Below, in pieces: positions 18,691-27,339 of a stretch of DNA of 64,000 nucleotides. A model generated the notes under the pieces. That model saw only the letters and a list, made by a program, of their open reading frames with translations, was not told the origin of the DNA and did not search any database. A program made the translations under genes and the position numbers. The stretch lies in IMG/VR virus record IMGVR_UViG_3300028920_000041, positions 1 to 64,000 of that record; one strand, given 5' to 3'. This DNA is from a virus. How positions within the stretch are numbered: the first letter of the stretch is position 1; every line of letters starts with the position of its first letter.

Positions 18691-18847
18691 CAAAACCGAT
18701 AGCAGGCGTATTGACATCCGAGTCAGCGGACAGCTATTTTCGTGGGTTGACTCTCAGGCCAAAGCCAAAGGGTTTCGCACTCGTTCTGAGTTTATTCGTT
18801 ATGTCCTGGAGTCTCTAAGGCTCAAAGACCGTAAAAAACTCCTGTAG
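18683..18847 (+). CDS. ribbon-helix-helix (CopG/NikR-like) DNA-binding protein, 54 aa, absent from the ORF track
   Basis: Manual translation MADKTDSRRIDIRVSGQLFSWVDSQAKAKGFRTRSEFIRYVLESLRLKDRKKLL: alternating beta strand, helix, G-x-x-x-RSEFIR. Confidence 0.8.
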   Translation: MADKTDSRRIDIRVSGQLFSWVDSQAKAKGFRTRSEFIRYVLESLRLKDRKKLL

Positions 18848-18947
18848 CCCCTTCTTCACTCCACACACACACAAGCCAAGTTTTGGTGCCAACAAGCTTA
18901 GCACAGGTCTATATACCGCAGAGCGATAGATCTACCTGGAGCCTGCT

Positions 18948-20306
18948 ATGAATTTACTTTCTCTTTTCGATGCGTTAGACGAGTGCAAAGACTGCTCTTC
19001 CACGACTGAAAAACGGAAAGTCATAGACGAGATACTTAGCTCTGAAAATTCTGCTGCTTTTACGGACATAGCTTCTTTTGTGCATAACCCTTTTCGTAAA
19101 GCACATATCAAGGTAACAGATGATCTGTTGTTCTTTACGAAAGAAGTGTTAGCAAGTCCAGCTAGAAAGAACGTAGATCTAAAAGACACACAAATATGGG
19201 CAAGGTTTAAGAGCATACTGCACTCTCTGGAGACGAGAGAAGTCACTGGCAACTCTGCTAGTAGAGTAGTAGCTAACTTTTTCTCCAGCATACCAGAAGA
19301 GTACTATGATTACTTCGTTGGTATTATCAACAAAGATCTAAAGATTGGTGTTGGTAAGAAGATACTTGAAAAGCATATACCAAACCTTGCACCTAAATTT
19401 AACGTACAACTATGTCCTAGCAAACAATGGGACGGATACACAGTACCTAATGGTGGATGGCTGGTATCCCCTAAGATAGATGGTATTAGAGGCATAGTCG
19501 TACAAGTTGGTACAGACGGTAAGTTCCACGGGTATAGAGCACTGTCAAGAAACGGCCACGAACTAAGTAACACAGATCATATACTTGATGAACTTTCCTA
19601 TTTAGCTAAAGCTTTTTATGACAAAGAGTCTGTATGGCCTGTCTTTGACGGTGAGTTTTATACGCATGGCTGGGAGTTATCAAGCTCTATTGTCTCAACA
19701 AAGAAGACAAGCCATCCCGAGGCCTACAGGCTCCAGTATCATGTGTTTGATATGCTCACCTATCCGGAGTGGACAGCCAATCAGTGCAAAGCAGAAGCAC
19801 ACCTTCGAGACCGTGCTCTCGCTAATGTCTTAAAAAATTGCTCAGAAAAAATCGTGCATGTTCCATCGATGCTGTCCGTAGATCCTGATGAGGTGGGGAT
19901 CATCACAGATGCGTATGTGGCGGATGGCTATGAAGGCTCTGTCATCAAGGCTCGAAATTCCCTCTACGAATTCAAGCGTTCCAAGGCCTGGCAAAAAGTC
20001 AAGCCCTACTTCGACCTTGACGCACCGGTGACAAAAATCATCTACGGGAGGCTTGACACGGGCGGTACCATGTATGATGATGCAGACCCTAGAGCAACAG
20101 GCAGGCGAGCTGTAAGATCACTGGTGGTGAACGTGGCAGGTGTGGAGACGGCGGTAGGCACCGGGCTGAGTCAGGATCAGCGACTCAGGTATGCGGAGTG
20201 TCCAGCCGAGGTAGTCGGGCTGACTATCACGGTAAGGTACCAGCGGATCTCAGAAGATGGAAGACTCATATTCCCAAGGTATCAGGGGATACGAATTGAT
20301 AAGTAG
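18948..20306 (+). CDS. ATP-dependent DNA ligase
   Basis: SPKIDGIRG (motif I KxDG), FDGEFY, YHVFDM, GYEGSVIK, RSKAWQKVK, VGTGLS, IFPRYQGIRIDK. Confidence 0.93.
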   Translation: MNLLSLFDALDECKDCSSTTEKRKVIDEILSSENSAAFTDIASFVHNPFRKAHIKVTDDLLFFTKEVLASPARKNVDLKDTQIWARFKSILHSLETREVTGNSASRVVANFFSSIPEEYYDYFVGIINKDLKIGVGKKILEKHIPNLAPKFNVQLCPSKQWDGYTVPNGGWLVSPKIDGIRGIVVQVGTDGKFHGYRALSRNGHELSNTDHILDELSYLAKAFYDKESVWPVFDGEFYTHGWELSSSIVSTKKTSHPEAYRLQYHVFDMLTYPEWTANQCKAEAHLRDRALANVLKNCSEKIVHVPSMLSVDPDEVGIITDAYVADGYEGSVIKARNSLYEFKRSKAWQKVKPYFDLDAPVTKIIYGRLDTGGTMYDDADPRATGRRAVRSLVVNVAGVETAVGTGLSQDQRLRYAECPAEVVGLTITVRYQRISEDGRLIFPRYQGIRIDK

Positions 20307-20339
20307 GAGTAGCGTTCACGTCAAAAGGAGAGAGGTAAA

Positions 20340-21161
20340 ATGGGCACTATTGAAAAACTTCAGGCAGCCGGTCTTGATGTACAGTTTGACTCATTTATGG
20401 ATGAGTTTTTCCTTGATGATGCAAAAAAGGATCAGCTCCGCACTATGGTTGATCAGAGGGGGCTGACGGATCCGGTGGTCATGAAGACCATCGGTGTGAT
20501 GCAGCGTGAAAAAGTGATGCAGGTTGGCATTTACAAGCAGTTCAAGGCCCTGCAGGCCGAGCTGGACGATCCCTCTGGTGAGTCTGCTCCGCAGTCTGTG
20601 GATGCCTCCGAGGCACCTGCGAGCGATTCTGAGACGGCTCAGAGTCCTTCAGGCGGCAATGGTCATTCGGCAGCGGCAGAGCCCAGCGACGAAGAGGTGG
20701 AGGCCAGGATCGCAGCCTACTCGTTTTCCTCCGAGCAAGAGGAGATGATCAAGCAGCGTCTCAAAGCCGAGGAAGAGAAGATTCGTAAGCGTCTTCTGGC
20801 TCAAGAAAAGAAGATCCGCGAGCAGATTGTTACCGGCCGTGTCAGGAAGCGGACAAGGCTTGGTCTCAAGCCCGAGCAAGCCAAGGAGTTTACTGAGGCG
20901 CGGGAAGCAATCAAGAAGAACCAGGCAAAGATCAAAGAGCTGCGCGCTGAAAATGCGCAGCATAAGAAGGTTATTGAAAGACTGCGTCCCAAGCGCAATG
21001 TGACGCCTTCCACGCCAGCGCAGAAGCAACTCAGGGTTGCCAAGCGCAAGCTCACCATGGCTATCAACGAAAAGAATGATACGTTGATCGAACAGGCCAA
21101 GCTCAATCTTGCCAAGGCAGAGCAAGTGCTCGAAGCCGAGCAAGCGCAGCTTCAGGTGTAG
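20340..21161 (+). CDS. hypothetical coiled-coil protein with basic C-terminal half
   Basis: Strong RBS; long K/R/E-rich heptad region after a low-complexity linker. Confidence 0.8.
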   Translation: MGTIEKLQAAGLDVQFDSFMDEFFLDDAKKDQLRTMVDQRGLTDPVVMKTIGVMQREKVMQVGIYKQFKALQAELDDPSGESAPQSVDASEAPASDSETAQSPSGGNGHSAAAEPSDEEVEARIAAYSFSSEQEEMIKQRLKAEEEKIRKRLLAQEKKIREQIVTGRVRKRTRLGLKPEQAKEFTEAREAIKKNQAKIKELRAENAQHKKVIERLRPKRNVTPSTPAQKQLRVAKRKLTMAINEKNDTLIEQAKLNLAKAEQVLEAEQAQLQV

Positions 21162-21172
21162 ATCAAACTTCC

Positions 21173-21249
21173 TGGAGCGAGGAAAGCTCTATATCGGCGG
21201 TACTCCTCCCGCACGGTTCTCCTTTGTGGATGCGATATAGCTTGCTCCA
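21173..21249 (+). ncRNA. candidate structured RNA (multi-stem, two CUCCU-containing loops)
   Basis: TGGAGC/GCTCCA, AAGC/GCTT and TATATCG/CGATATA stems enclose GCGG-TACTCCTC-CCGC and CACGG-TTCTCCT-TTGTG hairpins (sharing one base). Confidence 0.4.
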
Positions 21250-21287
21250 AAGGGGTGTCTACGGTCTTTTGACTTCAACGATGCCTC

Positions 21288-21324
21288 TTGCTTGACACAA
21301 AAGCTTTCTTCGAGTGTCAAGCAA
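21288..21324. promoter_or_regulatory. 11-bp inverted repeat built from opposed TTGACA hexamers
   Basis: TTGCTTGACAC-N15-GTGTCAAGCAA. Confidence 0.55.
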
Positions 21325-21379
21325 CTCTTACCGCAGTACAAAAACTTCAGCCAGTACATTCTAGTTAAAGTAAGCCATC

Positions 21380-21835
21380 ATGTTTGCCGGGTTTGATCTG
21401 GGTGCAAAGCTTGGGTACGCCTTCTTAACGGATGAAGGTGCTATTTGTGACTCTGGTGTGCTGAAGCTTGGCAAGAGAACTCCAGAGTCGGTCAGGAAGG
21501 CTTATGATGGAATTAGAGCGCTTTTTACAGCGCACACACCGCCGATTGTGGGCTATGAAAAAGTCACGTTCTTTGGTCGTGGGATCCAGGCAGCCCATGC
21601 TTATGGCAGCTATGAGGCTGTTCTGTGGCTCATAGCTCTTGATTCAGAGTCTCTTATAGAGCAAGTAACAGTCAAAGAAGTAAAGAAGCTGGCAACCGGA
21701 AAAGCGAACGCTATCAAACACGACATGATCACTCAGGCCTTGATGAGATGGGCATACCTTCCAGATGACGACAATGAAGCAGACGCCTTATGGATCGCAG
21801 AGTGTACCAGAAGAAAGTACTTTGGATTGCTTTGA
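21380..21835 (+). CDS. ruvC: RuvC-like Holliday junction resolvase
   Basis: FAGFDLGAKLGYA, VGYEKV, VKKLATGKANAIK, DDNEADALWI. Confidence 0.85.
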   Translation: MFAGFDLGAKLGYAFLTDEGAICDSGVLKLGKRTPESVRKAYDGIRALFTAHTPPIVGYEKVTFFGRGIQAAHAYGSYEAVLWLIALDSESLIEQVTVKEVKKLATGKANAIKHDMITQALMRWAYLPDDDNEADALWIAECTRRKYFGLL

Positions 21836-22496
21836 TGAGACTTATGATCCTGATTTGTCTTGTCTATTGTTTCATGCGTTAACAAATGGAACAAAAGAAA
21901 AAGACAAACCGGAAGTTTTAAATGAATTGGTGCATCAAATGGCTCCATTGGTGAAGCTGGTAGCCAGCGTTGAGCTGAATCCAAATCTTGGAGGACATAG
22001 TACAGATGTCATAAAGCTAGAAGCGTTAGAGTACCTCTACTTTATGTTGATATCAGATGCGTATGTACCTCCACACATCAGTCAGAATAGCTGGATATTC
22101 ACGCGATACTTTTGGACCATAATAAAGCGAGGCCTTCAGTCAGGTTATCGTAAGAACTACGATCAACCTGTGTTTGATTGTATTGAGTATGGGCGGGAAG
22201 AGCCTATCTATGGCAGGGTTCCGACGCATAGTGACACAGAAACCAGGATCTATCTAACTCAGTTTTATAGGACAGTACTGCAGACGTGTATTGATGACAT
22301 CAGGTTCACAGGTGTTGAAAAGAAAGCATGTATCTATATCGGAATGTGCCTGATAGGTCTTATCAACTTCCATCCGCATTCAGCACGGTTTAGATATGGT
22401 TTGAAGTATGCAAGGGCGAGGTTTCTGACAGACTATATGGAGCACTTAATCAAAGCCACAATCTATGAGGTTAGGCGAATTGAAGACGAAATCTGA
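21765..22496 (+). CDS. hypothetical protein (true start may be TTG near 21825)
   Basis: 243-aa ORF in a continuous operon. Confidence 0.65.
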   Translation: MTTMKQTPYGSQSVPEESTLDCFDETYDPDLSCLLFHALTNGTKEKDKPEVLNELVHQMAPLVKLVASVELNPNLGGHSTDVIKLEALEYLYFMLISDAYVPPHISQNSWIFTRYFWTIIKRGLQSGYRKNYDQPVFDCIEYGREEPIYGRVPTHSDTETRIYLTQFYRTVLQTCIDDIRFTGVEKKACIYIGMCLIGLINFHPHSARFRYGLKYARARFLTDYMEHLIKATIYEVRRIEDEI

Positions 22497-22842
22497 GATT
22501 CACGATACAGCGTTAAAAGAGCAGATCATATACATCATGCTCTTGCGCTCCGGTAAGCATTCTTTCTTACCCGAACTGCTAGACGTAGTGGGTAAAGACA
22601 AGATGATGGAACTTCTCCAGCTATTCTCTGGCTTACAGATTTCGTTTCCTACAATGTCAGAACTTAACTTGCACGCAAAAGAAGTGAACATCTTTTTCAG
22701 GATGCACAGAGCAACAAAAGCTCAACAGTCCAGAGTCGTAAAAGACTTAACTGAAGAGTACTATATTGATGAAGATACTGTTCACTATATCTATAAGAAG
22801 CTGAAGTATCTCCTGGAAGATGAGTTGTTGATCTCTGTGTGA
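22465..22842 (+). CDS. possible Mor-like/HTH DNA-binding protein
   Basis: FSGLQISFPT...VVKDLTEEYYIDEDTVHYIYKK resembles a Mor-type C-terminal HTH. Confidence 0.45.
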   Translation: MRLGELKTKSEIHDTALKEQIIYIMLLRSGKHSFLPELLDVVGKDKMMELLQLFSGLQISFPTMSELNLHAKEVNIFFRMHRATKAQQSRVVKDLTEEYYIDEDTVHYIYKKLKYLLEDELLISV

Positions 22843-23480
22843 CGGTATTGGAGGTTTTTGTGTCGAAAACAGAAGATTCTATAAGACAAGAAATTGACAG
22901 GCTCTTAAACAAGCCTATAGCGAGTGAGAAACGGGTATTAGAGATCATTGTCGACGCTATCACAAGCAAGTACGCCGACCCTGACCTGGTAGAAAAAGCA
23001 GTAAGACAATCTGTGTTCAACTATGAAACACAGATGCGTATCTTCCAAATTGCTGCAGCAAAAAGACAGCTAAACCGTATTGTCAAGTTAATCAATATGA
23101 CAGAGGCTCTTGAAGATCACGCCATGTCACCCGAGGTTATGGCGAAAATGGAGTCTAAGGATTTGATTAACCTCTACGGTAAAGCACAAGCGGCAGTTAG
23201 GGAAGGGTTAGACCATATCAAGAGAGTTGTCGATATGCGGCTTGAGGCTACAGCCGCACAGACAGCTATGATGTCTACAATTAACCAAAGAGAAGTAGAG
23301 GCTGTAGATATCACAGGGATCAGCAATTTGACATCACAGCAAAGAGACAAAGTCAGAAGGATTGTAGATGGTATAGTTGACGATATAGATGACTTGAATA
23401 CAGGCGATGCAAATCTACTAAAAGAGTCTGGCAGCAATGGGCATGGTGGTAACGGAGAATCCAATCTAGGTTCTATCTAA
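22839..23480 (+). CDS. helical protein, candidate terminase small subunit
   Basis: Immediately upstream of and coupled to terL; all-helical; assignment is positional. Confidence 0.45.
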   Translation: MTVLEVFVSKTEDSIRQEIDRLLNKPIASEKRVLEIIVDAITSKYADPDLVEKAVRQSVFNYETQMRIFQIAAAKRQLNRIVKLINMTEALEDHAMSPEVMAKMESKDLINLYGKAQAAVREGLDHIKRVVDMRLEATAAQTAMMSTINQREVEAVDITGISNLTSQQRDKVRRIVDGIVDDIDDLNTGDANLLKESGSNGHGGNGESNLGSI

Positions 23481-26400
23481 TGCAGCACAAAACCGTAGAG
23501 ACGATAGTTAATCAGCTACTCCAGGGCAATACGAGTATCTATGATCAGCTAGCAGCCGATGAGCGAAAGCTACTCGATTCCATACTAGATGAGCTAAAGA
23601 AGTTTGGTAAGTCAACAACGCTATCGTCGCTATGGGAACAAGACTTCGAGATTAAGCCAGTAACTATTGATAAGTTCCTGCATGATGATTACTACCTAGG
23701 CAAGATAGGTAAAGACATATTCCCGAAGTGGAAAGATGAGCTAAAGACCGTATGTGATCCCAATAAAGAAATTTGTGAATGGGTAATTCGTGGCTGCGTA
23801 GGCAGTGGAAAAACTACTGTGGCAGTAGTAGCTCTTCTGCATAGGATTCATTTACTCTGCTGTATGAAGAATCCACAGCAGTTCTATGGTTTGATGGAAG
23901 GGTCTCCAATCGTTTTTGGCTTGTTCAATATCTATAAGTACTTAGCACAGGATACTAGCTATAAGTACTTTACTAATTGGGTGAAGCTATCACCTTTCTT
24001 TCAAGAGTCTATGCGCGCAGCCTATGCGCAAGAGAGATCTGTACCGGGTTGGCTACAGCGCTTAAATAGGATGTATGGTATTGATAATGATGAGATGGCC
24101 AATAGCTATATGCGATTTCCAAAAGGGATTACAATAGCACTTGGCAGCAGTGCTATCCACGCATTGGGTCAGAATTTGTTTGGAGGTTTGTGCTTTGTAG
24201 GGAGTACTAAGATTCCTTTATTGAATGGTACAATTAAAACTCTTGAGGAGTTATCTAGATCCTCAGATGATAGTTTCTGGTATTATGGGGTTGATAGAGA
24301 CGGGGGGTTAGTTCCAACTTTAGGGACCAAACCAGTAAAAACTAGATCTAATGTACCTGTAGTAAAGGTAACTCTAGACAATGGTTCTCACGAGGTTTGT
24401 ACTCCAGACCATGAATGGATGCTTACAGATGGAAGCTATGTAAAAGCTTCGAATCTCAGTAGCGGGGATTCGTTGATGCCTTTTTATTCAAAGATAAATG
24501 ACTATGGTTACCAAGAAGTGTGGAGTAGTGAGTCTCATTCTTGGGAGAAAACTCACCAGATGGTGGGTAGGTTTATGTGGGGTGATCTTTATGGGGAAAA
24601 AGTCGCAGAGGGTCAATACAATGTTGTTCATCATACTAATGGTAAGCTGGATAATACTCCTGAGTCTTTAAGGTTGATGGGACATTTGGATCATATGGAG
24701 TTACATACTCGTCTAGTAGAGTTAAGCCATTCTCCAAAAGCTATGGAGAAGAGACGAAAGACACTAGAGGATTATTGGAAGACAGAACGCCCAGATATCA
24801 GTTCTAAGATCTCTAAAAAAGCTTGGAAAGAGTACAAGGCAGGTTTGAGAACTGGCTATGATAATACTATAATAAGAGCTAAGTTCAAGACAGAAGAGGA
24901 ATTGCTGACACTTAAAAATATGTGCATAAATAGGAACAAAACCGATAAAATGCGGGAGTTGTCTGGAAAAAGGATTTTAAAGTGGAGTTTAGAGCATAAG
25001 GAAGAGTTACGTAGGGCAGGCCGGGAGCAGATGAAGAGATTGTGGAGTGATCCAGAGTTTGTAGATAGGCAACGCGAAAGAGCTAGGCTCCGGTTCTATG
25101 AATACAATAAAACAGTAAAAAGGTCAAAGTTGACGTTTGGTGATTTAACTTCAGCTACTATGGACATTTTGCGTGATGTAGGAGTTAACACCAGAGGTCA
25201 AGATTATATCTTTTCTAAGAATTTACTGGCTGATTATCTTGGGCTTAGATCAAGAACAGTTATAGATCGTATTTTACGGGAGAATGATTTATCCTGGAAC
25301 GAATTCACCTCTGCGTTTGGTTGTAGAGTTAGGAACCATAAAGTTGTTTCTGTGGAGCCTTATGGGAGTGCTGATGTCTATTGCTTAAAGACGACTGTTG
25401 GTAATTTTGCTCTTACAAACAGCATAGTCCATAACTGCGATGAAGCTGACATGAGCAAAAATAGAGCGCTCAAGTCCGACGAAAAGACTAAGGTCGAAGA
25501 GCTATATGGCCAAGCAAAGTCAAGGCTAGACTCCAGGTTTCTTCAATTAGGTGGTGTTAATCCAGGACTCTTGATCTTGGTATCTCAGGTTCAAGAGTCA
25601 GATAGTTTTTTAAGTAAGCATGTAGATAAGGTTTCTAAAGATCTAAGAACCCACATTAGTGGGTTTGCTCTTTGGGAGATCAAGGACCATCTTTTCCCAG
25701 ATACAGAACCACGGTTCAAGGTCGTAGTAGGAACACGAAGCTACAGAAGCTTTATTGCGGAACCGGGTAAGCTAATCCCCAAAGGCGCACAGATTATTGA
25801 GGTACCAGAGTCTCTAAGGCCTAGGTTCGAATACTCTGTAGATGATGCTATCAGAGACCAAGCAGGTATCCCCACCTATGGTGCCAACCTGTTTCTTCCA
25901 AGGCGGGATAAGCTCTTCGAGTGTTACCAGAAGTCTGCATACAGAGATCATCCTTTTACGACAGATACAGTAGAGCTTTCTATTGAGGTTGAAGACCAAA
26001 GCTCCATAGCAGATTACTTTACCAAAGAAGCTTGCATGGAGCAATACGACAAAGCCACAGGCAGGTGGAGGCCTAAGTGGTTTCCTGGAGAAGACAGAGC
26101 GATCCATATTGACCTTTCAAAAAATGGTGACTGTACAGGCTTAGCCATGGGGTGTATCGGCAACATCAAACGTGTACAGCGTTATGATGGTGATGGTAGA
26201 CCTTATTGGGAGCAAGACTATGAGACCTTTATTGACTTTGTCTTGCAGATTAAAGCAGCTAAAGGTTCAGAGATAGACTTTTCCAAGATCAGACAGTTCA
26301 TTTTCTACTTACAGGCTTTAGGTTACCAGATACGCTATATTAGCCTTGATGGCTGGAATTCTGTAGACACCATTCAGATCATGAAAAAGGCAGGATTCGA

Positions 26401-26800
26401 CGCTAAAGAACTGTCTGTTGACAAGAAAGCTACTCAGTACAATTACCTGAAATCGACTATCTATGAACTTAGATTGGACATGTACGAGTACGAGGTTTTT
26501 ACGAGCGAGATAACAACACTACAAGATAGGACTCTGGACAATGGTAAGCCTCCCATAGATCACCCACCTAAGAAAAGTAAAGACTGCTCTGATGCTGTCT
26601 GTGGAGTCACTTCCAGGTTAGCTGAGATTAAAGAAGAGCTACGGCCAGGTGTTACTTCTTCTATGATTCTTGAAAGAGCCAAAGTCCATAATCCTGACAA
26701 GACAGTACCACTGCAGCAAATGCAAGATCCTAGTTGGGTTGGACGGGTTAAGAATGAAAACCCATTGTCTCAACTTTTCAGGCCACAGAGTAGGAGGTAA
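23480..26800 (+). CDS. terL: terminase large subunit interrupted by an intein
   Basis: Walker A RGCVGSGKTT; Walker B reconstituted as FGGL/CDEAD after splicing; RNase H-like nuclease IHIDLSKNGDCTG, DHPPKKSKDCSDAV. Confidence 0.9.
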   Translation: MQHKTVETIVNQLLQGNTSIYDQLAADERKLLDSILDELKKFGKSTTLSSLWEQDFEIKPVTIDKFLHDDYYLGKIGKDIFPKWKDELKTVCDPNKEICEWVIRGCVGSGKTTVAVVALLHRIHLLCCMKNPQQFYGLMEGSPIVFGLFNIYKYLAQDTSYKYFTNWVKLSPFFQESMRAAYAQERSVPGWLQRLNRMYGIDNDEMANSYMRFPKGITIALGSSAIHALGQNLFGGLCFVGSTKIPLLNGTIKTLEELSRSSDDSFWYYGVDRDGGLVPTLGTKPVKTRSNVPVVKVTLDNGSHEVCTPDHEWMLTDGSYVKASNLSSGDSLMPFYSKINDYGYQEVWSSESHSWEKTHQMVGRFMWGDLYGEKVAEGQYNVVHHTNGKLDNTPESLRLMGHLDHMELHTRLVELSHSPKAMEKRRKTLEDYWKTERPDISSKISKKAWKEYKAGLRTGYDNTIIRAKFKTEEELLTLKNMCINRNKTDKMRELSGKRILKWSLEHKEELRRAGREQMKRLWSDPEFVDRQRERARLRFYEYNKTVKRSKLTFGDLTSATMDILRDVGVNTRGQDYIFSKNLLADYLGLRSRTVIDRILRENDLSWNEFTSAFGCRVRNHKVVSVEPYGSADVYCLKTTVGNFALTNSIVHNCDEADMSKNRALKSDEKTKVEELYGQAKSRLDSRFLQLGGVNPGLLILVSQVQESDSFLSKHVDKVSKDLRTHISGFALWEIKDHLFPDTEPRFKVVVGTRSYRSFIAEPGKLIPKGAQIIEVPESLRPRFEYSVDDAIRDQAGIPTYGANLFLPRRDKLFECYQKSAYRDHPFTTDTVELSIEVEDQSSIADYFTKEACMEQYDKATGRWRPKWFPGEDRAIHIDLSKNGDCTGLAMGCIGNIKRVQRYDGDGRPYWEQDYETFIDFVLQIKAAKGSEIDFSKIRQFIFYLQALGYQIRYISLDGWNSVDTIQIMKKAGFDAKELSVDKKATQYNYLKSTIYELRLDMYEYEVFTSEITTLQDRTLDNGKPPIDHPPKKSKDCSDAVCGVTSRLAEIKEELRPGVTSSMILERAKVHNPDKTVPLQQMQDPSWVGRVKNENPLSQLFRPQSRR
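24191..25435 (+). mobile_element. intein (415 aa) with HNH homing endonuclease
   Basis: N-terminal CFVGSTKIPLLNG, block B CTPDHEWM, HNH VVHHTNGKLDNTPESL, C-terminal ADVYCLKTTVGNFALTNSIVHN followed by Cys+1. Confidence 0.92.
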
Positions 26801-26803
26801 CTC

Positions 26804-27004
26804 GTGTCATCTTGTGCAAAGTGTGGGTATGGTTTTGTCAATGAGTCAATGAAGCCATACAAGCGTGTTTATAACTCATGTCCTCGGTGTGGTGCAGTGT
26901 TGTCACCACCAGTAGTAACAGGGTCTCCGAATGAGTCTCAGGAGTCAGAGAAACCTGCCTATGGTCCTATTATTGAGTGTGACAAACAGCGGGGGGCATC
27001 ATGA
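26804..27004 (+). CDS. small zinc-ribbon protein
   Basis: CAKC...CPRC; RBS AGGAGG. Confidence 0.7.
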   Translation: MSSCAKCGYGFVNESMKPYKRVYNSCPRCGAVLSPPVVTGSPNESQESEKPAYGPIIECDKQRGAS

Positions 27005-27339
27005 CAATAGATGGGTTGATAGATGTCATCTTAGAGCAAAATCCGGGTATGATCAAAGAAGATGTCAGGAAGATTGTCAGGGTCGTTTTCAAAGGAACTA
27101 AAGAGGTAGTACATAGAGGCGAGTCGTTATTGTTGCCAGGGATAGGGAAGATTTATCCTGCATTCAAAGAGGGGAAAGAGTTGTGGAGAAATCCTTATAC
27201 GAAAAAGCATGTTGTGCTAGATAGAAGGATTGTACTAAAGTTTACAGCGTACAAGAAATTTGAAGATCACTTAACGAGTCTTATGGCTGAAGAGATTTCG
27301 CCAGAGGACTTTGGACTTGATGAAAGTACGAGGGTATGA
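27001..27339 (+). CDS. HU/IHF-family DNA-binding protein
   Basis: MTIDGLIDVI, GESLLLPGIGKI, WRNPYT, LKFTAYKKF. Confidence 0.85.
   Translation: MTIDGLIDVILEQNPGMIKEDVRKIVRVVFKGTKEVVHRGESLLLPGIGKIYPAFKEGKELWRNPYTKKHVVLDRRIVLKFTAYKKFEDHLTSLMAEEISPEDFGLDESTRV

Noticed and set aside
18904-18938. Possible hairpin before the ligase gene
   Set aside because: Needs a 4-nt bulge and short stems; too weak to call.
20649-21143. Leu-rich minus-strand ORFs over the coiled-coil gene
   Set aside because: Shadow frames of AAG/GAG/CAG-rich codons.
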